Part shown: positions 40,471-52,585 of the stretch, one piece after another
Layout: every line of letters begins with the position of its first letter
Numbering within the stretch: the first letter of the stretch is position 1
Assembly (NCBI GenBank): GCA_051294375.1
Contig: CM119270.1
Location: 11,662,416-11,726,415 of the forward strand
DNA length: 64,000 nucleotides
Direction of reading: 5' to 3'
Source: Paraspadella gotoi
Lineage: Eukaryota; Animalia; Chaetognatha
Made by a program: the position numbers and the translations under genes
Notes under the pieces: model-generated
Told to the model about the DNA's origin: nothing
Database searches by the model: none
Seen by the model: only the letters and a program-made list of their open reading frames with translations

Positions 40471-41919
40471 GTGGTATAATGTTTCAAGAATGTTTCAATT
40501 GTATTAAAAGACCATTAGATCGGGGAATACTATATTAAACTCCGTCCAGCATCAGACAAGCAGCTGAATTTTATGAAATTGGTACAACCAATATATATGA
40601 AACTCCTTGTCAACGTAAATGAAGGTTTTAAAACGATACCAAATATTAATAAAGACTTCTCGACTTTAATCGGTTTAGAAATTATATCATATTAACCATC
40701 ATTTTCAAGACATGAAAAGAATACAGAATATGTAAGTGTAAATTTTACAATGTCGAAACTGTTGAAAGTCATGATAAAAGTTTTTAAAAAGTTCGAGATT
40801 TTTCCTTATAAGAGTGCGACACGCGACAGAAAACAGAGGCAGAAACCCGATTTCCCGCCACGAAAAAAACCCTTTTCAGTCTTAGGATGAATAAAACGAG
40901 AGAAGGAACCGACAGATCTCGCGGCCCGAGAGAAGGAAAAAGAGCATTAAGGGGATCGCAAATGATCGAAAAATGAGGATATGATTTTAGGCAAATGAGA
41001 AGTCGGCGGAAACGATGTGGCAGAGTGGGGGGAAACGGGGCGGGAGAATTCGAGGGTAAGGTCGGGGGTGAAGTGCGGGTGTGTCTCGGGAGAGAGGAGG
41101 TAGGTTTTAAAAAAACCAAATTGTTTGGGGTAAGTCAAAGAAAAGAGGGAGATGGTAGAAGAAATTCAGTCGCCGGAAGAAAATTATAAAAAAATGGCTA
41201 GAATTAAAGATGGCGGAAAGCGTCGGCGCCATCTGAGCTTATGAAGTCGGTGACGTCGATATCATCGGTAGGGGTAGGGTGAAATGGAACTAAAGGGCAT
41301 GGAGATCAGTGTCATATGGATATGGATGCAAGATTGAAATCAAATTTGAAGACAAGTTGAGGCGATAATATGTGTGATAATCACAACATGACATTTGCTG
41401 GACAACCGGTCGGTCATGATTCTATTTTTTGTCGTCTGGAATTGGAGTTAAGGAAAATATTTCCTCCTCCCCCCCATCGCGTCGAGACCAAGTTTTTTAA
41501 TGCTCGACCGAATCTGTGGCCAAATCTGTGGCCAAATCGTGGCCAAATCTTGGGCGAAATGAACTGCGAAATCATTGGAACAGAAAGTGAGCCAATGCGC
41601 GATTGAGAAAGAGAATGATAAGTGTCTTAATGCACGGTTAAATTAGACGCCAAAACAAAGAGAAATATAATCCTAATCCTATTTGTGTCATGGGAGTTTG
41701 GAATGTATCATCGCAGGAGTATCAAGCCACCAAAAGCAAATCGGATCGGAGACTCGGGCGATCTCCCCGGAAATGGAATCGCCGAATCCTGATTGGTCAA
41801 GCATGGAACCGGAATCAATGTAATAGAATAATTGTAATTAACTATCATTGCTTACCTGCACGTACCAATTGTCTTTCTTGACACTCATGTCATGTACTCT
41901 TTCGTCCCTGTGCCACCAT

Positions 41920-42385
41920 CATTTGCGTCATCATACTATTGCATGCCTGACTGTCTATTTAATTATATCATCACCGCCCTCAATCACCGCCTCATCAACA
42001 TTCTCACCACGTCATCATTGCTTAATTCAACCGTGCCAGCAATAGTACTCACCACGTCATCACCTCCCTCATTCACTGCGTCATCAACATTCTCTTCACT
42101 TATTACCTGCCTGTTTCACCGGGTCATCACCTCTTTCATTCACCTCGTCATCAACATTCTCACCACGTCATCATTTGCTTTATTCACCGTGTCAGCAATA
42201 GTCTCACCACGTCATCACCTCCCTCATTCACTGCGTCATCAACATTCTCTTCACGTTATTACCTGCCTCTTTCACCTCGTCATCAACATTCTCACCACGT
42301 CATCAACTCCGTCATTCCCCGCGTCATCACCATCCTCACCGCGTCATCGACTTTCCCATTCGTCGAGTCGACTGCGTCATCAACG
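41920..42385 (+). repeat. Higher-order minisatellite built from CGTCATCA-containing subunits
   Basis: tcatcaacattctcaccacgtcatca recurs at ~41992, ~42148 and ~42280, with ~20-bp subunits inside 130-155-bp higher-order units. Confidence 0.85.
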
Positions 42386-42430
42386 ACGTAATTTGCGTCG
42401 CCTCGATTGACGCTGTCGGCGGCGCTGAGT

Positions 42431-42461
<31 letters not shown>

Positions 42462-43456
42462 GAAGACAATGAAACAGAGAAGATTAAAACTCCGACGGCG
42501 AAGATCAGGGGGAGAGGAGAAGGAAGGGGAGGAAGAAGAAGAAGGAAGACGAAGGCGGAAAAGGGAATATGTAAGGTAAAGGGAAAGAGGAAAGGGAAGG
42601 GCGGAAGGTGTAAGGGAAAGAGCAGACCCGTGTTCATTTAATATTTTCCTGTGTTTTATTTGTAAAAAGAGAAGAGAGGATAAAGTTTAAAGGATAAACA
42701 GAAAAGGAAAGGAAGAAAAGAAAGGAAGGACGCGATACAGAAAAAGGGAGACAGAAATATTGAGAGAGTTGGGTTGAGAAAAATCGATTAGGTGAAAGAA
42801 GGCGGGAGGTAAAGTAATCTCGTCTCATTCAATAACACAGAGTCGACGCTGAGTTGACCGAAGAAATTGCTGATTCGGCTTCTTTCGAATAAATCCACTG
42901 GAACATTGTTTTAATGTTTTAACTTTACTACTTTACTATAAAATGAAATACGAGTTCGTTTTTAAGCGGATGTACATTTTTCGTTCTCGTTTTTGGTTTG
43001 TTTTTTTGTTTTTTGTTTTTTGTTTTTTGTTTTTTTGTTTTTTTTGTATTTTTGCAAGAGCGCTGTTTTTTTAAAGAGTAATTAATTAATGAATTGGTTA
43101 TTACACAAATATTTAAAGCTTTTGCGACAGTTACGTAAAAACGATGAAGACTTTAGTTTATATTGTTGTTTTTTGAACTTTTATTTTGGAACCGTTTTGC
43201 CTTACTATTCATTCTTCAACCCTTTCTCAATATCTTTCTGTACCTCTCCTTAGTTCACCTCTTCCTTTTTTTATTTTCCCTTCATAAAATCCTTTTCCTA
43301 TCCATTACCCTTTCTATCTTTATTATTTTTTACTTTTTCTACTCGTACCCACTCTCTATCTCTCTCTCTCTCTCTCTTCAGCTCTCTCTTTCGTTCCAAA
43401 TTGAACGATCAGCATTTTCTTCTCTCCTCTCTTCTTCTCTTCGGTGATAGAAGAAA

Positions 43457-43558
<102 letters not shown>

Positions 43559-45791
43559 CGAAGCGAAAGAATAAATAAAAAGACTCACGTCCCTCCCTCC
43601 ACGTGACGCCGTTTCATGACCAATAACGCGAAAACGTTATTAAATCTGCCGATGTTACTGCCAGGGCGCATTGCTGCTGTTGTGGCTCTTGCTGTTGTTC
43701 CTTTTCTCTGTATGCTGTTGTCATTCTTAAAGTAGCAATGAATAAGGAAATACAACGTGAAAGCCTGGAGTAACTACTTTGAACGATGCATGGACAGATC
43801 AAGTGTATCTAAAACTTTTTTTTCATTTGAGTAAACATTGCTGTAATTTGCAGCAGATTAAAACTCCACTTAGTCTGTATTGTGGACTCGCAAACTATTC
43901 TCTAGTAAAGAGGCGTTCTGACCAATCTTAAATTGTTCTGTAATTTCGCGTTTTGACTTTCGTAAAAGTACAAATGCAAACAACCGCCCAAAAAAAAACT
44001 TTTTGCAGCCTCGGCTTCGAATCAACGTCCAAACGTCACTCAAACATCCCCGCCCCATTTTTTTTTCTTGGCCAAAGTCGTAAATCACAGATGCCAAACA
44101 CGAAGTCCTTTAGTCGTTGGCCGCGAGACGGCGCGCGCGAGAGAGAGAAGCGCAAAGAAGGAAAACGTAAAACGCATAAATACGCGCAAAGAAGGGAAAC
44201 TTAAGGGGCGTAAAGGCGGACGAAAGAAGCGGGAAACGCGTAACGCATAAACCGACGCACAATGCGAGGGAATTGTCATAGGCATTAGACCTGGACAAAA
44301 AAAATAAGAGGGGCTTTAGACGCTTTTAAGCTTGAAAGTAAAGTAAAGTAGCGCAGAAACAGACTGCAGTCGAAGTCGTTTTGAAATCAATAAAATGCGA
44401 AGGAAAACCTGATTAAAGAAAGAAAAAATCATCATTAGAGAGGAAAAAAATTTTAAATGTTAAAAGTAATATTAAATAAATAATACATCCGAAAGCCCGT
44501 GTAATAATGTTTTGCTTTTCTCTATTCGTAATAAAATGTTAGTACCAGACGCTGTTCTTATGTCAGCAATCGCGCGCGGCCTAAGTTTACCACGCACTGC
44601 CACTAGATAAAGGTTCGGAAGAAATTTAAAAATAAAACAAAATCATTGTGAGAAATAATTGAAAATTTTACTTTCAGTTACATAATACATTATACATTAT
44701 ATTGGTTGTACCAATTTGAATAGGTCATGAGACATTTCATTAAGTCTAATGACATTTCATTTAGTGAGGTGATTTCCCACAGTCAATAACTTTTCTTTTT
44801 CTCTTACTCGTGCCAGTCGGTCACCACGGTCACTTTGCCTTAGCTTTTGCAATGACTTTAGACCTATTTGGTCAAGGTGTTCCCGGTGTTGATGTATGTA
44901 TGACATTTTTGTTGTTGATGTACCTCTACAGTCTACACAACATCACATTATTTTCATCATAGCCAATTTTTATTATTTTCTCTATTTGTCGTCTTCTACA
45001 CAAGGAATAAAAAATTACTCCGAAAAGTGTCGTTTTTATTCTCATTTGTTCAGGGTTAATTTTTTAGGTGTATCCGATGAAATGTTTCGGCTTGGACCGA
45101 TCAATGACATGTGTCCTTGTCGCGTTAAGCCCAGTTTCCTCCTTTCACAGTCGACACGACCGTTCTGCAAAGTTTTTTGCCCTTAGTTTCCTAATTTCTT
45201 TACACCATCATATGCATATTAAACTAAGATAAAATACGATGATAATATTAAATGGACAAAGTCACGAAACGCGAAACTTTTTAACTGTTAATTTCGTGAG
45301 ACCGTTGAAATCCAAGTCATTAAATTCAAGAATAGAAAAAAAACTAATTTTAATGTTTCATATTTCGCCCTCAATTCTCACAAATAAATGAAAAGTTGAC
45401 TAGTTAAAAGAACTAATTTTTTTTATTTTAGGATATCAGATCAGGCTAATTCTATCTAATTTTAATTTGAAATGTATGTGATTGTTTCTTTTTGAGTTCT
45501 ATTAAACTTTACTATTTACAATTTTGGTTGATGGTTATTCAAATGTTGGCAATTAAAATTAAGGTAGAAAGAAATTATAAGATTTACTGTAGATATTCAT
45601 ATTCATAAAGACAGAAAATGGTCAGATATAACCAAAAAAAAGGATCCAAAGTGATTTAAGAACGTTTTTCCGACAAGATTATTTTATCATGATCGTCCGG
45701 ACTTCGACTCTTGAAAACCGGTTTTTTTTTCTCCTCTCGAAAACTGACAACTGGAAGAGTCGAACTCGGATCAAACCACAAAAAACTCAGG

Positions 45792-48700
45792 ATGAGATTC
45801 GATCTAAATTTTTCCTTTTTCACGATTTTCATCGCCACGTTTTTCCATCGCGATTTTGGCGCCGAAGTTTCGATCGCGAAATGCGATCGCAGCGACGCCC
45901 TCGGGGACGACGGCGGATTTTTCGATTACACGGTCAGTAAAAGACTAAATCACTAGCGGTCGAAAAAAAAGAATACATAGAATACGTAAAAAGAATCGTT
46001 TGTAGGGTGACTAAAACAAAATACATTCACATTTCCTAGAAATGCAAATGAAAACGTGAAATGAAATTGGTCAAAAATACTAACCATTTATCAGTCAATG
46101 AATCACTAAAACATTTAGCCCCGTTTACTTAAAAATTTGTAAATTTTTTTTTAACAGAATCACTCTGACATTTCAAGAATAATTTAATCCAAATTACGCA
46201 TGATAATTAAGTTTTTTTTTCACACACAAGATTAATACTGAAGAGACAGTGATAATTGTTATGTGTTAGTGACAGAACCGTTCAATATAAGCAGTCCCTG
46301 AGCTTCGGATCAGGCTGTAACATCGTGTCACAGGCGGGTTAAGCGACCCGTCCCTCTTAACTGCAAGGCGGCCACCGGGCTAGAACCCCGGACCTTTGGG
46401 TTGGGAGGCGAAAGACTTGCCTCCGGCACCAATGACCGCTGATGAACGGTTGGTGGATTTTAGTACACCATAATACCAACCAAAAAAAATTTACTGAAAT
46501 AAACAAAAAAATAATATTAAAACTAAAATAATAAAGGCATGATTCAATGATTTAAAAACCGTTATCTTAACCAGAAAATTGCATTAACCACCGACCACGA
46601 TTAATATTTCTGGAATTTTGAAATGTTGAGCAGATGACGACGAAGTGCGAAGTGGCGTCGGCGACTCAGTTTTCGTCTTTGTTGATGATCGATGGAAAAG
46701 TCGTTTTGCAATTCGAATCCCGATGCGACGACAACAACAACAACATCAATCGCGGGTTCATTTGCTCTCCAGGCGGAACGTGGACGAACGGAGGTACATT
46801 TTAGGGACTTTTTTCGTTTCTTTCGTTTGCTATCTTGCTCTCTTGCTTTCTTGCTTTCATTTTATTCCTTTGTCTTTTTCTTTTGTTCGCAGTGTTCGAC
46901 AGTTCGTTCTGTCTCTTCTTTCGTTCGTTTATTTCGTTCGCAAAATTGTACTATGCTAAGTTATGTTACGATATGTTTTTTCAAGAATTTATTCCCTACG
47001 GATTCTGCAGTTTGGACTGAACTATCACTCCCAACGAAACCACCTTCACAAACCACTTTCACCTCTCCACCATCTCCACTCAGTCAACCTTCCTCTTTCC
47101 ACAGGCAACGTCAGCCTCGTATCCCTCAATCGCCTCGTCAACACCTCATGCATTTTCACCAAACGCGTCGTCGACCGCCTCAACGCCTTTCGACTCATCC
47201 GCCGCGACGTCGACTACAGACGCAGCGGCGACGCCGGAGCAGCGTCGGCGTCTTCGTCATGGGTGTCGGCAGCGGCGATGGAGATTGACTCTTCAAAGTT
47301 GGCGGGAGTCGAGACTCCTTTGCAGGTGCAGGGTGGTTTTCATTTTATTTATTATTTATTATCGTCGGTTTATGACCGAAGGACATAACTTGGGGTCAAA
47401 AGTTTACCTGACGTCATTTTCTTATATTTTGGATTGTTTCTTCTCCGTTATTTATTTGTTATTGTTTTCCTTCTTTTTTTTTGAAATTTGAATAATTTCA
47501 TTTCTAAACTTTTTTTGTTTTTAATTTTTTTTGGAAGAATAAGATTTGTCTTTATATCACAGAAAGAAAATAATAAGTTGAATTCCTTAAAACGTAACAA
47601 AATCTTTTCGTCGAATCCTCACTACAATAACAACAAAAATGTTTTCCCAGATTTCCGTGGAATCGTCTGAAGAAGGCGAAGCTCTCCTAGTCATGTCTCC
47701 CGACTGCCACTCAGCGCAACGCCGGGACACCGGCGCCGCCATGGGCGACTTCGGCGCCGCCACCACTGCCGCCTATGTTCAGTTCTTGACTTTCAATAAG
47801 TTCGGGCGGATGACGTTGTCGAAGTCGTCGCTGCCCTCGACGAGGAACTTGAAGAAATTCTATTTGCATCTTTTGGTGGACGAGAAAGTGGAGAGGAAGG
47901 CAATTAGGGTGGTTGTAGGTGGGTGGAAAGAAAGAAAGAAAGAAACGAGGAAAGTAACAAAAAACCAGAAAATATACAAACAAGGAAACAAGGAAAGACG
48001 GAGAGTAAGAGCTTGTTTCTTAGTGTGTTTAATTTTCTCCCTTTTTTTTTCTAAAAGAATATGCTTATAATAAAAACAAATATATGTTAATAAATTTATA
48101 AATTTCCCTCTTCCATCGACTACCCATCCCTCAACCCTTCATCCCTCTCTATCCGTATCCAGGCTCCACCCTCAACTACCCCTCGGGCGAAGTCTACATC
48201 GTCGCCATCGTATCCTTTCTCGTCGGTGTCGCCGCCGTCCTCTTTTATCTCTCCGTCTTCCGAGGATTCCGGATGTCGAAGACCTACTTGAGCGGCGTCT
48301 CCCTCGAGACCCTCGCCGCCGTCACCGCCAATTGGTTCGTCCGAGGGAAGAAGGGATTCTCCTACATCACTGCCATCTTCGCGTTGACGTATTTGGTGGG
48401 AGCCTATCAGGCGAGTTCAGCGTAGGGGCACCAAGGATTTTCATGCTTTTGTCAGAAGACGGAATCTTTATCATCATCAGGACTTAATATCACTTATCAG
48501 TATCATGGATCCTTTTCGTCAACAATCATCATTCATAAATTATGAATCAAAATCAGTCGTCATCTACATCATCGTCGAAAATGTCTTCCATCATAATCGG
48601 AATCATATTTCTTCATCATCACTTATCTATCATTAGTAATAATCAGAAATCAGCGGCACGGAACCTCATTATCGTAGTCTTCATCGTCATCGTCATCATC

Positions 48701-51141
48701 ATCACCATCTTCATTCATTAATTACTATGATCATTAGCTCCGCCTCCAACACCAACAGGTGATCATCGCGGATTGGCGCCTCATGCAATCGACTGGCAAC
48801 CGCGACGTCTGCTTCTACAACGAACGATGCTACATCCCGTCCACCATCTGGGGAGACATCCCCGTCAACCTCCTCAACTCCAACGTCCCTTACGTCATTC
48901 ACGGCTTCACCATCCTCCTCGCCTTCGCGATAAGAGAACAGTATTGCTACTCAGAAGGGCATCACGCCTTTTACAACTACAGCATCGCTTACGCCTTGGC
49001 CTGGAGCTTCGTCTTCGAGGGCATATTTTCCACGGTAAAATTCGGAGGGTGAAATATGATGAAAGAATTAATTGATAATCCTCGTTATTTGTCATTGTCT
49101 TTGTTTAAGCATAGAACTTAAGATTGTCTTACGTTTTTAGATCTACCACGTCTGTCCGACTCGAGTCATTTTTCAATTTGACACTGCTTTCATGTTTGTC
49201 ATTTCCTCTCTCATCTTCGTCTGCCTCGTCAACCGGTTCAGGTGATAAAACCTTGACACTTTGACAGAATGACTTTTAAGAAAACAACATTTACAGTCAT
49301 ACTTATATATAAATCGCTTTCCTCACATTTTTCTCTTGTTCAGCATTGTCGACGAAGACCTTCGATTGCTGGACCAGAAGGCGAATTCCAATTTTGACTC
49401 CGTCACGACTTATTACTCCGGCATGAACCCCATCAAGTCCATCAGATCAGCCAAGATCTTTCTCTTCTTCTTGACTCCTATTCTCCTTTTCAATTTTCTC
49501 GGCTCCATGAGAGATGTCAACGTACTGGATTCCTCTTCCGAGATCGCCTATTATTTTTTTCTGTGAGTAGAAATATGGTGAGATATATCATTATTTAGTC
49601 AATAACATGTTGCCCAAGTTATTAGTTATAAAAGATCAAGATTTGCTATGGAGTATGGTTCGAGAGTTTTTAACGTACGACTTACTCCTCGGATGTACAG
49701 TAAATCTTAAGCAATTAAACCTTAGCATACTTATCAATACGTATTATACGTCGTATATGATATTTGTACAAACAATTACGCATACTACCAGTAAAATAGT
49801 GTATAATAATAATAATAATTTAAATAATTTAATTATTAATTATTAACTCTGTCTTTTATGAAGTGATTTAATAAATTTCAGTCTCTCCCCCGCTCGCCAG
49901 ATACCTGTGGTACGTTCTGCTTCTCGCGTGGGGCGCCTGCAAGTTCTACCTCCTGCCAGCCAAGCTGAACACCGCGGTGCCGAGACCCAAGTTCAGCGAC
50001 TCACCAGAGGCGATCGCTCAACTCTTGACCAAACGGACGGCAGTAGAGGGAGGGCAGAAGGGACGAGGAAAATGGACAGCAATAAGGGTATGGATTTTCT
50101 TTTCTTCCTTTAGAGACAGTGTTTACAGTTTGTCGGTCAACTGGGTGGTGGGCCAACGCCCACTCAGAATGAAAAATCGTCTCTTCTCTCCGCCCGCCAG
50201 GAATCTACTTTCAATAACAACGAGGAACCTTCAAGGATTCAACTAGGATCGACGCCAGAGAGCGACGCAACTGATTCCGCCCCCGCCCCCGCCACCTCCA
50301 CCCCCGTCTCCTCCACCCCCGCCCCCTGCGTCGTCTGGAAGACGTTCGTCTTCACCGGCTACACAGTCGCCCTCATCATCTGGTTGTCGTACACCGTCTT
50401 CGAACGCAAAGACATGTCCAAGTTCTTCCTGGGATCCTGCATCGCGACTGTCTTCCTCGCCATGGTCTTAGCGGAGATGCGTAGCGACAAGCCGCTCGAG
50501 ACGGTCGAAGCCTTCCGAAACTTGAGGGTGTTGACGGAACACTTGAAGATCGCCGTCTTCTACTCCATCGTCCTGGCGTTGTGGGTGGCGGCTGCTTATT
50601 TCTTCGTCGTCGTGGAAACGACAAACAAGAGCAAAAGGCCGAGCGAGAATAGAGATCTCAACCGGTGAGTAGCGTCTGTGTTGGAGCATGAATACTACGG
50701 TATTGATTGCGAATGTTGTTGTTGATGTTTAACGGAAAACACAAAAATAACGTGTAAGTAAATTCCCCATGAATGAAGGTAATTTAATAGGAATAAGAAT
50801 GGAATGGAATGAAAAAAAATGAATACAAGGGAAAATTAAAAACATCTCTTCGGTGTTTGCCGCCATCTTTTTATAACCTATCACCTTTGTTTTATTTATT
50901 CATCTTATCATAATCAACTGCATATTCCTTTCTTCCCAACCTCTCCAGTGATTGCGTCTTTATGAACTTCTACGATTCTCACAGCGTCTGGCACTTCCTC
51001 TCATCATCGGCGCTGCTGCTTTGCGCATTGCGGTCCATCGTCATCTCTTCTCCTTGCAGAATGTGCAAGTTTATGCAGTGGAGTGAGCAGCAAAAATTGC
51101 AACAACAAAGAAATGATTTTAAGAATAGAGGAGCAACATGA
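45792..51141 (+). CDS. SID-1/SIDT-family (ChUP/CREST) multipass membrane protein, 13 exons, ~843 aa
   Basis: Manual splicing gives phase-consistent exons 45792-45932, 46634-46793, 46893-46922, 46986-47009, 47105-47325, 47651-47918, 48163-48410, 48759-49034, 49141-49241, 49344-49562, 49901-50087, 50201-50664, 50949-51141 (2532 nt, 844 codons with stop). Family motifs: TGNRDVCFYNERC, NSNVPY, EGIFSTIYHVCPTRVIFQFDTAFMFVI and ENRDLNRDCVFMNFYDSHSVWHFLSS, matching SIDT1/2 TGNQDICYYN, EGxLSACYHVCP..NFQFDTSFMY and SREHNRDC..FFDDHDIWHFLS. The start MRFDLNFSFFTIFIATFF is signal-peptide-like. The 5' exons are less certain than the transmembrane exons. Confidence 0.9.
46239..46472 (-). mobile_element. tRNA-derived SINE (tRNA-Gly-like head), copy A, in intron 1 of the SID-1 gene
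   Basis: The reverse complement reads gcggtcattggtgccggagg...ttcgcctcccaacccaaaggtccggggttctagcccggtggccgcc. It has A-box and B-box-like motifs, paired acceptor and T stems, a CCC anticodon-like loop on a broken stem, and a ~120-bp body shared with copy B. Confidence 0.75.
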
Positions 51142-52366
51142 TTTTGGTCCGATAACGCTTAGTTTCTATTCTTAATGTTGTTGAAGAGAGAGACCGGGGT
51201 TAAGTCGCCTCAATGTTTTGTTTACACTGCAGCTATATATTAGGAGTCTACGTTGTTCTTAGAAGTTAAGGAATATTTTTTAATGAGGATTTTCTTTCGA
51301 ATCTGATAACCAAACTTTATAAATGCCCCTGGAAAAAATTTTGGTAAAAAATAGATGTAAAAATGCTCGATTCTGATTGCATTGCATCTGAATAGCTCGC
51401 ATTTTTTTCTCTTGTCAAAAACCAACATTTTGATTGCAAATAGAAAATTTTTCCATCTCTGATTTTATATAGAAATAAAAGGGATTTTTTTCCTTTCAAA
51501 ATTTTATAAACGTGATTGAGGTATGTTCCAGTTCCGCAAATGACGTCAAATTCAGGAATTCTCTGGCTAAATGTCTGAAGGGCTCTCAATTTTTTTTTTA
51601 GATTTTGTTTAGTTATTTTCACATGATATGATAAGGGTAAAATGAACTGCTCCATTTGAGCAAAATTTGTATTTACACTAAAAGTAAAAGAGAAACTAGC
51701 GATTTCAACCAAAAGTCAGATTTTGTAAAAATCTTGAATGGAAAAAACTTTCCATAGAAAGGGCTGATTTTCTAAAGTTTTCTTTTAATATTTTCTATAT
51801 TCATGATTCAATTTACATGAAACTTAAATTTAAGAATATTCCCGTCATTCTACATCGGACGGTATATGAATATCCCAAAAAAGCCTCTGCCTTTCTAAGG
51901 GAAAATTCAGTCCTATATATATATACTTACCAATGTGCCGCTGTTCTGCCTATTGCTTAATTTTTTTTAAAAGTTGTTTTAAAGTTTTAAAGTTTTTTAA
52001 ACATCAAATTTAGCCGCAATCACCTCCCAGAATAGACTAGCAATACTCATTAGCCTGTTCTAGAATCTTTTCGAATTCTTCGTACTGTATAATTAGCTAA
52101 AAGCAACTTGTCCTACCTTCATGGCGAATTATTTACGAAGAACAAATAAGGGGTTTTTCTCATACTGATCTGTCTATTCAGAGCATATTTATTTCTTCCA
52201 AACCATAATCAACTAATTTATTAAAAGTTTAATTGATATTATGCCTAAAATTGTTTTTCACATAAAAAATAAGATTATCTCAGATTAGCATTAGTGATAT
52301 AGTAAGTATATTTAAAACACAGCAAAAAACATTATTTAAAAAAATTTAAAAAGTAAATTAAACACA

Positions 52367-52585
52367 TATGGTGGACTAAAATACACCAACCAGCGGTCAT
52401 TGGTCCAGGAGGCAAGTCATTCGCCTCCCAACCCAATGGTCCGGGGTTCTAGCTTTGTGGTCGCCAAGCAGTGAAGATGGACGGGGCCCTTAACCGGCCT
52501 GTAAAACGGTGTTACAGCCTGATCCGAAGCTCAAGGACTGCTTATATTGAACGGTTCTGTCATAACAACAATTACTGTCTCTTCA
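52367..52585 (+). mobile_element. tRNA-derived SINE, copy B
   Basis: Homologous to 46239-46472 in the opposite orientation (shared gttacagcctgatccgaagctca..gactgcttatattgaacggttctgtca). The tRNA-like head spans 52393-52466. Confidence 0.75.

Noticed and set aside
41892-42410. 172-aa Ser/Thr-rich ORF
   Set aside because: It is open only because the underlying minisatellite lacks stops in that frame, and it has no other coding evidence.
46436-46500. Hammerhead ribozyme core (CTGATGA...GAAA)
   Set aside because: Stems I-III cannot be assembled around the core, and the CTGATGA arises from a small insertion absent in the second SINE copy.
49882-49900. Alternative SID-1 acceptor at 49881
   Set aside because: It shifts the reading frame, whereas the acceptor at 49900 preserves it.
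52393-52466. Functional tRNA-Gly(CCC) gene (also 46368-46440 on the minus strand)
   Set aside because: The anticodon stem does not pair, there is no oligo-T terminator directly after it, and both copies share a long non-tRNA body, which indicates a SINE head.
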